Shown piece by piece: positions 41,425 through 51,588 of a stretch of 64,000 bases of DNA. This stretch comes from Nitrospirales bacterium. GTDB lineage: Bacteria > Nitrospirota > Nitrospiria > Nitrospirales > UBA8639. Position numbers and translations under genes: made by a program. The DNA is taken from assembly GCA_963555755.3 (NCBI GenBank), contig OY820905.2:992001-1056000 (forward strand), read 5' to 3'. Position 1 is the first letter of the stretch. Each line of letters begins with the position of its first letter. Below the pieces are notes generated by a model. The model made no database searches and had not been told where the DNA came from. It was given only the letters and a program-made list of their open reading frames with translations.

Positions 41425-42743
41425 AGTGGCCCAATCCTTCTCACTACCGTGGACGACGCCGGCAATGTGGGGCAGTACAGCTCACTGGCTATCGGGACGG
41501 ATCACTTCCCGGTGATCAGCTATTATGACGGCACGACTAGTGCCCTCAAAGTGGCCCACTGCACGAATGAGGACTGCAGCGGGGTGAAGACGCTGACGAT
41601 GGTGGATAGCGCTGACAATGTGGGGCAGTACAGCTCACTGGCCATCGGGGAAACATATGGCTACCCGGTGATTAGCTATTATGATGCCACGAATCAAGCC
41701 CTCATGGTGGTCCATTGTACGAGTGTGGACTGCACGGAGTTTGACCCGCCGACGATGGTGGACGACGCCGGCAATGTGGGGCAGTACAGCTCACTGGCCA
41801 TCGGGACGGATGGGTATCCGGTGATCAGTTATTATGATGCCACGAATCAAACCCTCATGGTGGTCCATTGTACGAGAGCGGACTGTACGGAATTTGACCC
41901 GCCGACGCTGGTGGACGACGCCGGCAATGTGGGGCAGTACAGCTCACTGGCCATCGGGGGGGATGGGAATCCCGTGATCAGCTATCGGGATGCCACGAAT
42001 ACGAGCCTCAAGCTGGTCCATTGCACGAATGGGGACTGCACGAGCGTTGATGCGCCGATGACGGTGGACAACAGCGGCAATGTGGGGCAGTACAGCTCAC
42101 TGGCCATCGGGACGGATGGGAATCCCGTGATCAGCTATCGGGATAGTACACAGAAGGACCTCAAGGTAGCCCACTGCACGAGTGTGGACTGCAGTGGGGG
42201 GCAGACGCTGACGGTGGTGGACAGCGACGGCAATGTGGGGAACTACACTGCACTGGCCATCGGGGGGGATGGGAATCCTGTGATCAGCTATCGGGATGCC
42301 ACGAATAGGGCCCTCAAAGTGGCCCACTGTACGAATAAGGACTGCAGTGGGGGGCAGACGCTGACGATGGTGGACAACGACGGCAATGTGGGGAACTATA
42401 CTGCCCTGGCCATCGGGACGGATGGGAATCCCGTGATCAGCTATCGGGATAGTACAAACAAGGATCTCAAGGTAGCCCACTGTGGCACGGTGGGGTGCTG
42501 ACGGTCACTCTGGCGGGCCATGGCAGTGGGATGGTGAGTAGCGCTCCTGCAGGGATCACATGTGGCAATGATTGTGCCGCAGTGTACGACCTGGGGACGG
42601 TGGTGACGCTGACGGCTGCGGCCAATGCGGACTCCGTCTTCAGTGGCTGGAGTGGAGGAGACTGTGATGGAGCAGGGACCTGTGAGGTGACGATGGATCG
42701 CGCGCGCGCAGTCACGGCGAGGTTTAATGTTGGAGCCCCGTGA
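41425..42743 (+). pseudogene. Paralogous surface-protein fragment (six propeller-like repeats plus one InlB-B-like repeat), frameshifted
   Basis: Same repeat unit as 38117-41420 on the opposite strand; frameshift at ~42497; no N-terminus. Confidence 0.75.
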
Positions 42744-42825
42744 CCTTGTTGGCGAGCGCGGACCGCGACGTTTCGAAGGAATTGATGACGAGACGGCGTC
42801 ATGTCCGTTCATCATGTAGGAATCG

Positions 42826-42975
42826 AAACGAAGTGTACCGCCGGCAGGCTATTGTGCCGATTGGCACGTGGTACCGTTCTGGAGATTGCTGCTCTTGTAC
42901 TGGCCGCCTTCTGATTTCTCGAGCCTAACCAGAAGATAGTTGCCAGCTCCCCACGAATGATTGATCCACTTGCCA
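42826..42975 (-). repeat. 150-bp inverted copy of 37818-37967
   Basis: Reverse complement with about 4 substitutions. Confidence 0.9.
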
Positions 42976-43013
42976 CCGTTAGTGGTGATGCGCTGGGCCG
43001 GGTGGGGTAATCG

Positions 43014-43382
43014 ATGCTAGTGCCCAAGGATGGTTATCTGCTCAGAATTTTTATCGGTGAACGGGATAAGCATGGCCATTTGCCGTTGTATGAGTGGATC
43101 ATTAAACAAGCCCGCGAACATGGGCTTGCCGGAGCCACCGCGTTTCGAGGAATCGAAGGCTTCGGGGCTCACAGTCATTTGCACACCTCCAAAATCCTGC
43201 GCTTAGCAGACGACCTTCCCATCCTCATAGAAATTGTCGATACCAAAGAAACAATCGAATCCTTCCTGCCCATCATCGACGAAGCCATTTCCGAAGGCCT
43301 TGCCACCCTCGAAAAAGTTGAAATCCGGTTGTACCGAAGGGCCCCACCCCCTGAGCCACCTCCCGACGAACCGGTCGCGTAA
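43014..43382 (+). CDS. DUF190 domain protein (PII-like)
   Basis: LLRIFIGE...PLYEWI...GLAGATAFRGIEGFG...LPILIEIVD. Confidence 0.9.
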   Translation: MLVPKDGYLLRIFIGERDKHGHLPLYEWIIKQAREHGLAGATAFRGIEGFGAHSHLHTSKILRLADDLPILIEIVDTKETIESFLPIIDEAISEGLATLEKVEIRLYRRAPPPEPPPDEPVA

Positions 43383-43490
43383 CAGATTGTTTACAACTCA
43401 TGCGGTGAGACCCCAGAGAATTCCCCCTGACCCCTTTGCAAAAGGGGAGAAGGGGGAATGATTACTGGTGGGGGGCAAGGAGGAATTTAT

Positions 43491-43818
43491 GGATCATACC
43501 GAATACATGGTTCTACCCATACCGATTCACAATCCTGACCACAATGGTATCAATCCCATGGTGGTGGAACCGTTGGTCCTTTTTTGCCCCCTTTTGCAAA
43601 GGGGGGTAGGGGGGATTTGAGGCGGGCCGGGTGACCTCACACCACCTGCCTGGCCCGAGGTGCACGGGAGAAATCTCCCCTCACCCCTCTTTTTCAAAGA
43701 GGGGGATCTCTTCACTTGGCGAAGGGACATCTGTGCGGTTCACCCTGGCGGATATTCTGCGGCTTAGGCCCCTTCCCCCAAGATTTCAAATGCTAGAACC
43801 ATAATTTCTGTATGATCC
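43491..43818. mobile_element. MITE, GGATCATACAGAA family
   Basis: Ends ggatcataccgaatacatggttcta / tagaaccataatttctgtatgatcc; 8-bp TSD gaatttat. Confidence 0.88.
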
Positions 43819-43906
43819 GAATTTATCCCAAAGGAGAGACCATTCGATAACACTCAGGACAGCCCTCAAGGTCACCCCCCTGTTCCAAAGGGGGGACCTC
43901 AAAGGC

Positions 43907-44531
43907 TAATACTGTTGAATTAAGTAAATTTCCTGTATAATACCCCTATGTTCGCCACGGATAAATTCTCAACTTTGGAGGTTTTTATGGCACAGAATTT
44001 GGTTTGAAAAATCATGCCAACTTTCCACCCTGCTCGAGGCTTTTCTTGGCCTCATTCCTGCTCGACTTCCCTCAACAGACTCCTCGCCTCCCTCCAAAGC
44101 CTTTACTCGTCGGCGGAAGCTGCCGTTGCCCACCCTCTTTGTGGTGCTGCTCTCACTGACCGCCAGCGGGAAGCACCAGGGCGTGGACGGCAAAGTCGGG
44201 GCGTTGTTTCAACAGGCGCGACGCAGCGGGCTCTGGCCCCACGCTCACGCCGTGCATCGGAGTGCCGTAACCAAAGCGCGAGCTCAGCTCTCCTGGAGTG
44301 CCTTTGAACAGGTCCATCAGGAAGCGGTGAAGCTGGCCTACGAGGTCTGGCCCACGCGTGAGGCCGACACTTGGCACGGGCTGTCGGTGTTTGCCATTGA
44401 TGGCTCCAAGTACACACTGCCTGCAGCCGATGCCGTCCGGGCTGCCTTTGATCCTCACAGCGGGTTAGAGCATCCCGGGAAAGGGCATTATCCGCAATGC
44501 TTGGTGTCCACGGTCTATGATGTGTTTCGCC
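43907..44531 (+). mobile_element. IS4-family 5' remnant, frameshifted and truncated by IS6
   Basis: Left end taatactgttgaattaag; HRSAVTKARAQL, FAIDGSK, GHYPQ motifs. Confidence 0.78.
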
Positions 44532-45324
44532 GGTATTGTCAATTTAACTCTGGTTTGGCAGACTGGGCAGCATGAAAAAGCCAACACCCAGCTACCACCG
44601 TCACCGTTTTCCCTCTGAAATTATCAGTCACGCCGTCTGGCTGTACCATCGTTTTTGTTTGAACTTCCGTGAAGTGGAAGAACTCCTCGCCGAACGAGGC
44701 ATCACTGTCACCTATGAAACCGTTCGCCAATGGTGCCAAAAGTTTGGGTCGGCCTATGCGAGGAAATTGAAGAAGCGTCAAGGTCGTTTAGGTGATACCT
44801 GGTATTTGGACGAAGTCTTTATCACCATTCAAGGGCAGCGCCAGTATCTGTGGCGTGCGGTTGATCAAGACGGCGACACGATTGATATCCTGGTGCAGCG
44901 GCGACGCAACAAGAAAGCGGCCGTGCGCTTCTTTCGCCGTCTCCTCAAAGGCCAAGGCCGTGAACCACGATGGCTGATGACCGACACACTCAAAAGCTAT
45001 GACGCCGCTCATCGAGCCGTGATGCCGACGGGAGAACACCTCAATCACGTCTACGCCAACAACCGAGCCGAAGTGTCGCATCAACCGACAGGACAACGAG
45101 AATATCACATGCGCGGCTTTGCTTCATCGACTCAGGCTCAACGGTTTCTGACGCTCCACGGGCTGACACAAAACCTGTTTCGTCTGGGCCGCCACCTCAT
45201 GCAGGCGGTCAATTATCGAATATTACGAGCACAGGCGTTTCAGGTTTGGAAGGAAGTGGTCTGTGCATAAGGGATTGTGCTAAGCGGTTTCATTGCGCCC
45301 TTCGGCAGTTAAATTGACAATACC
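44532..45324 (+). mobile_element. IS6-family element
   Basis: TIR ggtattgtcaatttaac / gttaaattgacaatacc; no TSD seen. Confidence 0.9.
44572..45270 (+). CDS. IS6-family transposase
   Basis: HRFPSEII, WYLDEVF, YLWRAVD, MTD, NNRAEVSHQ motifs. Confidence 0.92.
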   Translation: MKKPTPSYHRHRFPSEIISHAVWLYHRFCLNFREVEELLAERGITVTYETVRQWCQKFGSAYARKLKKRQGRLGDTWYLDEVFITIQGQRQYLWRAVDQDGDTIDILVQRRRNKKAAVRFFRRLLKGQGREPRWLMTDTLKSYDAAHRAVMPTGEHLNHVYANNRAEVSHQPTGQREYHMRGFASSTQAQRFLTLHGLTQNLFRLGRHLMQAVNYRILRAQAFQVWKEVVCA

Positions 45325-45392
45325 CTTTCAACCTATCTACGACACTTGTCCTGCCTATCGTGGTTTCCTTAAAATGGTCCAAGGATAAATGT

Positions 45393-46625
45393 ATGACGCT
45401 AGACGAAGCCCGTTCCTACCTCAACTATCTCTTAACCTTAAGTCTCCGCCGCGAAGATGCTTTTGGGCCACTGGCCCTGACCTTCCTTCGCGAACAGGAT
45501 CTGACTCAACTAGGCATTCTCCCGGAAGAACAATTCAGTTTGCTCCTGGCTACGATCCAAGCCTTTGCCTCTGAACCCAAACGCTACACCCACAAGCTCG
45601 AATTGTTGCAAAAGGCTCGACAACTTCTGCCCAACACCCAACATTTTGACCCTGAACTCGCGCAACAACTCGATCATGATATCAAGAAAACCGGAGCCGA
45701 GTTAGCCATTTACAACGAGGTCATGAAGGGGTCTCGGACTCCCACCTTGGATAAACAACGGTTGATCGTCGAATCCGACATTCCGGAATATTTTTTGGAC
45801 CTGGCGCAAAAACGAGCGGCCGCGTACTACCAAGCCAAATATCGCTTGAGCAAAGAATCCAAAACCGCTCAGCACTTTGGCGGCACGCCCCGTCGATTTG
45901 AACCGGACAACGAAACCGTTCACAAAGAATTTCCCGGCGCCTGTGCCCCGTTTATGTCGGCTCGGACAAATGCGTTTCATCTCATGCTTCCGTTTGACCT
46001 CAAAATCAGCCGAACCCCTGAAGATCCCCTTGATGCCGGTGTCCGAATCTTCTATGCGAAAATGGGCTATTCCTTTCCTCTTCGGTATGAAATGGGAAAG
46101 CTTTGCAATTATCATGATGGACAAGTGAACGATATCGCCCTGGATGATCCCAATCTTCTCTTTGTTTCGATGTCAGCAGTCAAAGACAGGGATTTTCCGC
46201 TTCAGGCACCTGCATCTTCATCCGATGTACCCCCCGAATATACGTATCCCGTGGCGGTATTAGAACATACCGGAAGTTTGGGGCCATTCATTCAAGTTAG
46301 TTGTAATTTCAAAGTCTGGTTCGATGCTTCTATGGTTTCATTATTGATCCAGGGCGCACCGGATTTGCACGAATACGGATTTCAAGGCGGCTCCGGACTC
46401 ATGACCCGGTCCTATGCCTCAGATAAGGTCAACACCTATGCCGAAGCTCAATCACAGCCCTGGCAAGAGGGGCTGAGCTTTAATTTTGTCAATCTGCACT
46501 TGTCTCTCAGTCCTGGAACCAATTCCGCTCTCGTTCCCCACAGCACCCCTATTTTTTCACTCTATCCCATCCTGGCCCGGCAATGTTACAAATTCGAAGA
46601 CCAACGAACTTTAGGGCACCTCTAA
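45393..46625 (+). CDS. Hypothetical protein; last codons supplied by a MITE
   Basis: Long ORF of ordinary composition; no motif I recognise. Confidence 0.75.
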   Translation: MTLDEARSYLNYLLTLSLRREDAFGPLALTFLREQDLTQLGILPEEQFSLLLATIQAFASEPKRYTHKLELLQKARQLLPNTQHFDPELAQQLDHDIKKTGAELAIYNEVMKGSRTPTLDKQRLIVESDIPEYFLDLAQKRAAAYYQAKYRLSKESKTAQHFGGTPRRFEPDNETVHKEFPGACAPFMSARTNAFHLMLPFDLKISRTPEDPLDAGVRIFYAKMGYSFPLRYEMGKLCNYHDGQVNDIALDDPNLLFVSMSAVKDRDFPLQAPASSSDVPPEYTYPVAVLEHTGSLGPFIQVSCNFKVWFDASMVSLLIQGAPDLHEYGFQGGSGLMTRSYASDKVNTYAEAQSQPWQEGLSFNFVNLHLSLSPGTNSALVPHSTPIFSLYPILARQCYKFEDQRTLGHL

Positions 46626-46754
46626 AAACCGTCCTTTTCCGTGATGGCGGCGTCAGCCGCGTGCTCACATCCTCATGTATTCGCCCATACACTCCGGTTT
46701 TCCGCGCGCGGCTTCCTTGCCCTCACAAAAAATGCCGGGGTTTTAGAGGTGCCC
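46614..46754. mobile_element. 141-bp MITE (GGGCACCTCTA ends), copy 1
   Basis: TIR gggcacctctaaaa / ttttagaggtgccc; 4-bp TSD ttta; copies at 55657-55797 and 56272-56412. Confidence 0.88.
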
Positions 46755-47257
46755 TTTAGAGTTGAACACCCCCTTCAATACTCCAGCTTGGCATTTTTCC
46801 CTTATCAGCCTCTACTCCTAGGAGGGAACTCTTTCCACAAGGAGGTTGTCCGAAATGAGGTTGATCTATTGCGGTTGCCAGGATTTGGCCAGATTTTCAG
46901 ATCCTTTGCCCTACATCAACACCACTATTCACCTCAAACGATCGAAAAATCTGCCTCAAACCGACATAACCTCGTAACAATCACTAATATTGGACGACCT
47001 CCGAGCCATTTCCAGAAATATTATTTCCAATTTTTTTTCAGTTGCATGGACTCAGATCCTATGCTAGGCTTATGAAATCGATGGATGACGACGGTCCCAG
47101 ACGAGGTTTTCGTCACCAGTTTAATGACCTTCAACCACCTCCCTCACGATTTCTCTACTTTTTTCCCACGACATGGCTGCCATTAACCAAAGGGCTTTGT
47201 TTTTCTGCACATTTTTGCCCTCCTGCCTTTGAACCACCTCGCGTTTAATCTGAATAT

Positions 47258-48541
47258 ATGGAATTCATTGCCATCCTGATTTGTTTAATCCTATCTGGGC
47301 TGTTCTCAGGGGCCGAGATTGCGTTTTTCTCAATCACCGAAAGCCGTTTGCAAACGATGGTTGATGAAAAAAAACGAGCAGCCTCAATGGCTCTGTTTCT
47401 CCGCCAAAATCCGCAAAGATTGCTCTCTACTATTTTGATTGGAAACAACGTCGTCAACCTGACAGCAGCATCATTGGTATCGATCATGGCTTTTCAGTAT
47501 TTCGGGTCAGTGGGAGTAGCCGTCGCAACAGGACTCCTCACGATTATTGTGCTCTTGTTTGGAGAAATTGTTCCCAAAACCCTTTGTGCCAAACATTCTG
47601 GCCCTGCCGTCCAAATTCTCTCACATCCCATCTATTGGGTCCAAAAATTGTTCTCCCCTATTCTGTACCTTCTCGAACCACTCATCTCAAAAATGACCGG
47701 AGGCCGAGGCCTGACCGTACCCTTTGTTACAGAAGAAGAACTCATGATCATGCTGGAGGCCGGAGGCAAAGCCGGGGTACTGGAGACAGAAGAAGTCAAG
47801 ATGATTAAAAATGTTTTTGAATTTACGGATCTCACGGCGGAAGATGTGATGACGCCACGAAATTATATGTTTGGATTGGATAACCACCTCACACTCGGCG
47901 AGGCGAAAGAAGAGTTGTTCAAAGCCAAGTATTCTCGAATTCCGGTGTATGCTAACGATTTGGACAACATAACCGGCATTCTCTATCGTAATCACGCGTT
48001 GAAAGAACTTGCTCAAGGCAATCAACACAGCGTATTAAAAGATCTTTCACGACCGCCGCTCTTTGTCCCTGGCGCGAAACCAGCAGATGATCTCCTCAAA
48101 CAATTTCAAAAGGAGAAACGACACATCGCCATGGTCGTGAACGAGTTTGGTGGCGTAATGGGCCTCGTCACTACGGAAGATCTGTTGGAAGAGGTTGTCG
48201 GGGAAATTCTCGATGAGACGGATGTTTCCGAAGAACTGATTAAACGAATCGGGAAAAATCGGATCCTCGTCCACGGCCGAACCGAGGTTCGAAAAATCAA
48301 CGAGTTCCTCAAGGTCGAACTTGATGATGAGGAACAAAACACGATCAGTGGGTTAATCCAACAAGAGTTGGGTCATATTCCATCGGTGGGTGAAGAACTT
48401 CATACGGATGGATGTCACCTGATCGTCCGGGACGCCGATGAAAAAACAATTAAAAGCGTTCAAATTGAAAAAGTCGAAGAGCCCACTCTCGAAACTCCTG
48501 AAGAAGATACTGAATCTTCCCCTGCCCTGCCTCTAGAGTAA
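47258..48541 (+). CDS. Hemolysin-family / CNNM (DUF21) + CBS pair + CorC_HlyC protein
   Basis: FSGAEIA, TILIGNNVVN, FGEIVPK, VMTPR, YSRIPVY, VVNEFGG..GLVTTEDLLEEVVGEI motifs. Confidence 0.92.
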   Translation: MEFIAILICLILSGLFSGAEIAFFSITESRLQTMVDEKKRAASMALFLRQNPQRLLSTILIGNNVVNLTAASLVSIMAFQYFGSVGVAVATGLLTIIVLLFGEIVPKTLCAKHSGPAVQILSHPIYWVQKLFSPILYLLEPLISKMTGGRGLTVPFVTEEELMIMLEAGGKAGVLETEEVKMIKNVFEFTDLTAEDVMTPRNYMFGLDNHLTLGEAKEELFKAKYSRIPVYANDLDNITGILYRNHALKELAQGNQHSVLKDLSRPPLFVPGAKPADDLLKQFQKEKRHIAMVVNEFGGVMGLVTTEDLLEEVVGEILDETDVSEELIKRIGKNRILVHGRTEVRKINEFLKVELDDEEQNTISGLIQQELGHIPSVGEELHTDGCHLIVRDADEKTIKSVQIEKVEEPTLETPEEDTESSPALPLE

Positions 48542-48658
48542 TTCCCAAGCTCGAATATCGAAATCCGAAGCAATGACAAATAGCTAAACTGAAAATTTAG
48601 GATTTTGGATTTGTTTCGACATGAGACCTACGTGTTTCAAGTTTAGGGAACTTTTTGT

Positions 48659-49299
48659 GGATCATACAGAAATTATGGTTCTAGGAGTCGCATTCGGATC
48701 AATTGCCCAATGAGTGGCGTGAAGCTCAATCCTCGTTTTTCGAGTCCCGGCCATTGCCGGTAGCCAAAGACAAAAGGCTCTTCGCGTCACCGGGAGGGTG
48801 AATGGGTTGAATAATTCCCCGCCTGTTCCCCCCTTGGGAAAAGGGGGGCTTGGGGGGATTTTCTGATCCGGAACAGGCAAGTTCTGCACATTTCTTGCCT
48901 CCCACAAAGCGGGTTCCCCCGGCGTGGCTGCCGATCCAACCGAAGGGGCAAAGCGGGTGCCGGCACCAACGGCCCCCATCCTGACTCGGGGGCGGCCCTA
49001 GTCGCTCAGACAGTGCAAGCTTGGTGTGTGAGGGTATGGTTATCGTAAAATCCCCCCTCCCCCCCTTTTCCAAAGGGGGAACCTCCCGAGCACCGCTTCC
49101 CAAGGGATGTTCTTCCATCACCTGCAGAGGAGAATCCGGCCAACCGACCGATACGGATTGATGAAGCCCCAGAAAAATCTAGAAACCCGGATGGCTCGCC
49201 CATGAGCTCCTTTGGGGTCTAGTGGCCACAGATGGGTCCTCTATTATTGGCACGGGGTTCCTACAAAATTCATAGAGAACCATAAATTCTGTATGATCC
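48659..49299. mobile_element. MITE, GGATCATACAGAA family (641 bp)
   Basis: Ends ggatcatacagaaattatggttct / agaaccataaattctgtatgatcc; 8-bp TSD ctttttgt. Confidence 0.88.
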
Positions 49300-49342
49300 C
49301 TTTTTGTGATTGATTTTAGTCTTTTCTAATTCCCGATTGAAT

Positions 49343-49531
49343 ATGATTGACCTTCTTTTGGAAATCTTAGCAAACTCTGTTTTTATGGCTGCAACTGGTC
49401 ATACGGTGTTAAAAGTAATTGGAATAAAAACTAGGGAAGATGACCCTTTTGCCCTTGCCGCAGGTGTTTTTGTATGGGCATGTCTAATCGCCTTGGCGGT
49501 TGTTTGTGTTATTTGGATATTCTCCAAATAA
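49343..49531 (+). CDS. Small hypothetical membrane protein
   Basis: Short ORF with hydrophobic segments, convergent with ligA. Confidence 0.4.
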   Translation: MIDLLLEILANSVFMAATGHTVLKVIGIKTREDDPFALAAGVFVWACLIALAVVCVIWIFSK

Positions 49532-49532
49532 A

Positions 49533-51557
49533 TCATTCAACAATTTTTACAAACTCTTCTTCATTCAAAATCTCAATACCTAACTTCTTGGCCTCATCTA
49601 ATTTTGATCCTGGGTCAGTTCCGGCAACGACAAAATGGGTCTTTTTACTCACACTTGATGTCACGCGACCTCCGAATTTTTCGATTCGTTGCTTGGCATC
49701 TTGTCGGGAAAACCCATCAAGACCACCCGTGAGAACAAAGATTTTTCCAGCCAACGGTTTGGTTTGTGTTCCTTCATCAAGAGGAAGTTCTTCAACATCA
49801 AGGCCTAATTCCTTCATGCGATTTAGAACAGCCATGTTTCGAGGCTCGTGAAAAAAGGTCACGACACTGTGGGCAGTCTCAGGACCAATTTCATGAACTT
49901 CTAATAAGGTTTCCTCCGTCGCAGCGATAACATTTTCTAAGGACCCAAATTGATTCGCCAGAACTGTCGCCACGTGACTGCCCACATGGTAAATGCCGAG
50001 GCCAAAAAGAAAGCGCTCTAAAGAAGGAGTTTTACTTTGCTCAATGGCCGACAGTAATTGCGTGCCGGACTTTTCCGCAAATCCTTCGAGAGTGAGGATT
50101 TGCTCTTGGGTTATTCGATAGAGATCAGACAAATCCCGAACGAGATGTTGGTGCACCAGTTGTGCGACGGTTTTTCTTCCAAGGCCTTCGATGTTGAGCG
50201 CGTTCTTGGAAGCAAAGTGTTCGATACCGCCTTTGAGTTGGGCAGAGCACACAGTTTGACCAGTGCAATAATACATGGGGCCTTCTTGCACCACGGCAGA
50301 TTCACATACCGGACAGTGATCGGGAACAACAAATGGAGCATTCCGTGTTTCATTGGGAATAGGTACTCGCTCCACGATATCGGGAATCACATCCCCTGCC
50401 CGTTCAACCTTTACGGTATCGCCGACTCGCACATCTTTGCGCGCCACTTCTTCCACGTTGTGCAATGTGGCACGACTAATCGTCACGCCGCCGACTTCAA
50501 CCGGATCCAACAACGCAATAGGGGTCAACGCACCGGTTCGGCCCACCGACACCACAATATCTCGCACCTTCGTCAATTCCTTGCGAGATGGAAATTTAAA
50601 GGCAATCGCCCATCGAGGACTCCGGGACTTTTCCCCCAATCGGTCCTGAAAGGAACGGTCGTTGACTTTGACCACAATCCCATCAATTTCAAAAGGCAGG
50701 TGATCTCGCTTCTCTGCCATGTCTTGATGAAACACCATGACCTCGTCGATAGAGACACAGAGCTGTCGAAGAGTGGGAATGGGCAACCCCCAAGTCGCTA
50801 AAGTCGACACGGCTTCCCAGTGAGATGAAAACGGTTCGCCAGAAGAAACCATGAGGTCATAACAGGTCACCACAAGCGGGCGCGTAGCGGTCAGGCGAGG
50901 ATCAAGTTGCCGCAATGATCCCGAGGCCACATTTCGAGGATTGGCAAATGTGTCTTCCCCACGTTCCGTCAACCGACGATTGAGTTCCTGAAAATCAGGA
51001 AGGCGCAAATATACCTCCCCGCGCACCACGATTCGAGTCGGCAATGTTGGTTGAGGTTGAAGGTGCAACGGAAGCGATCGAATCGTACGAAGATTGACGG
51101 TTATATCTTCGCCCATCACGCCATCTCCCCGCGTCGATCCACGCACAAAAATCCCCTCTTCATACACCAATTCTACGGACAACCCGTCAAATTTTGGTTC
51201 AACGGCATACTGAACCTGATCCGCCTCAAGTTCGCGCCGCATGCGCGTATCAAACGCCTGCACATCATCTACATCCAAAACCGAATCCAAACTCAGTAAG
51301 GCCCGGTCATGTTTCACCTTTGAAAATTGGTCGATGGGAGAACCTCCAACCCGTTGGGTTGGAGAATCAGGGGTCACCAAGGCGGGATATTGCTCTTCTA
51401 ATTCTTGAAGCTCTGTAAAAAGCCGATCGTATTCGAAATCTGAAACTTCAGGTGTGCTGAGAACGTAGTACAGGTGATCATGATGTCGAATTTGCTGGCG
51501 CAAGTCAGCAAGTCTAACCTGAATGTCAGGAGGAGAATCAAATGGCAACCTACTCAC
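49533..51557 (-). CDS. ligA: NAD-dependent DNA ligase
   Basis: EPKFDG adenylation motif, TRGDG, FANPRN, PRWAIAFKF, VGRTG, CPVC zinc finger, HhH repeats, C-terminal BRCT. Confidence 0.97.
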   Translation of the reverse strand: MSRLPFDSPPDIQVRLADLRQQIRHHDHLYYVLSTPEVSDFEYDRLFTELQELEEQYPALVTPDSPTQRVGGSPIDQFSKVKHDRALLSLDSVLDVDDVQAFDTRMRRELEADQVQYAVEPKFDGLSVELVYEEGIFVRGSTRGDGVMGEDITVNLRTIRSLPLHLQPQPTLPTRIVVRGEVYLRLPDFQELNRRLTERGEDTFANPRNVASGSLRQLDPRLTATRPLVVTCYDLMVSSGEPFSSHWEAVSTLATWGLPIPTLRQLCVSIDEVMVFHQDMAEKRDHLPFEIDGIVVKVNDRSFQDRLGEKSRSPRWAIAFKFPSRKELTKVRDIVVSVGRTGALTPIALLDPVEVGGVTISRATLHNVEEVARKDVRVGDTVKVERAGDVIPDIVERVPIPNETRNAPFVVPDHCPVCESAVVQEGPMYYCTGQTVCSAQLKGGIEHFASKNALNIEGLGRKTVAQLVHQHLVRDLSDLYRITQEQILTLEGFAEKSGTQLLSAIEQSKTPSLERFLFGLGIYHVGSHVATVLANQFGSLENVIAATEETLLEVHEIGPETAHSVVTFFHEPRNMAVLNRMKELGLDVEELPLDEGTQTKPLAGKIFVLTGGLDGFSRQDAKQRIEKFGGRVTSSVSKKTHFVVAGTDPGSKLDEAKKLGIEILNEEEFVKIVE

Positions 51558-51588
51558 TAATAAGACTCCTTGCCCTATCGCCTACCAC

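Noticed and set aside
40130..42500. Regular ~170-bp repeats as a CRISPR array
   Set aside because: They are in-frame coding repeats with synonymous variation and no unique spacers.
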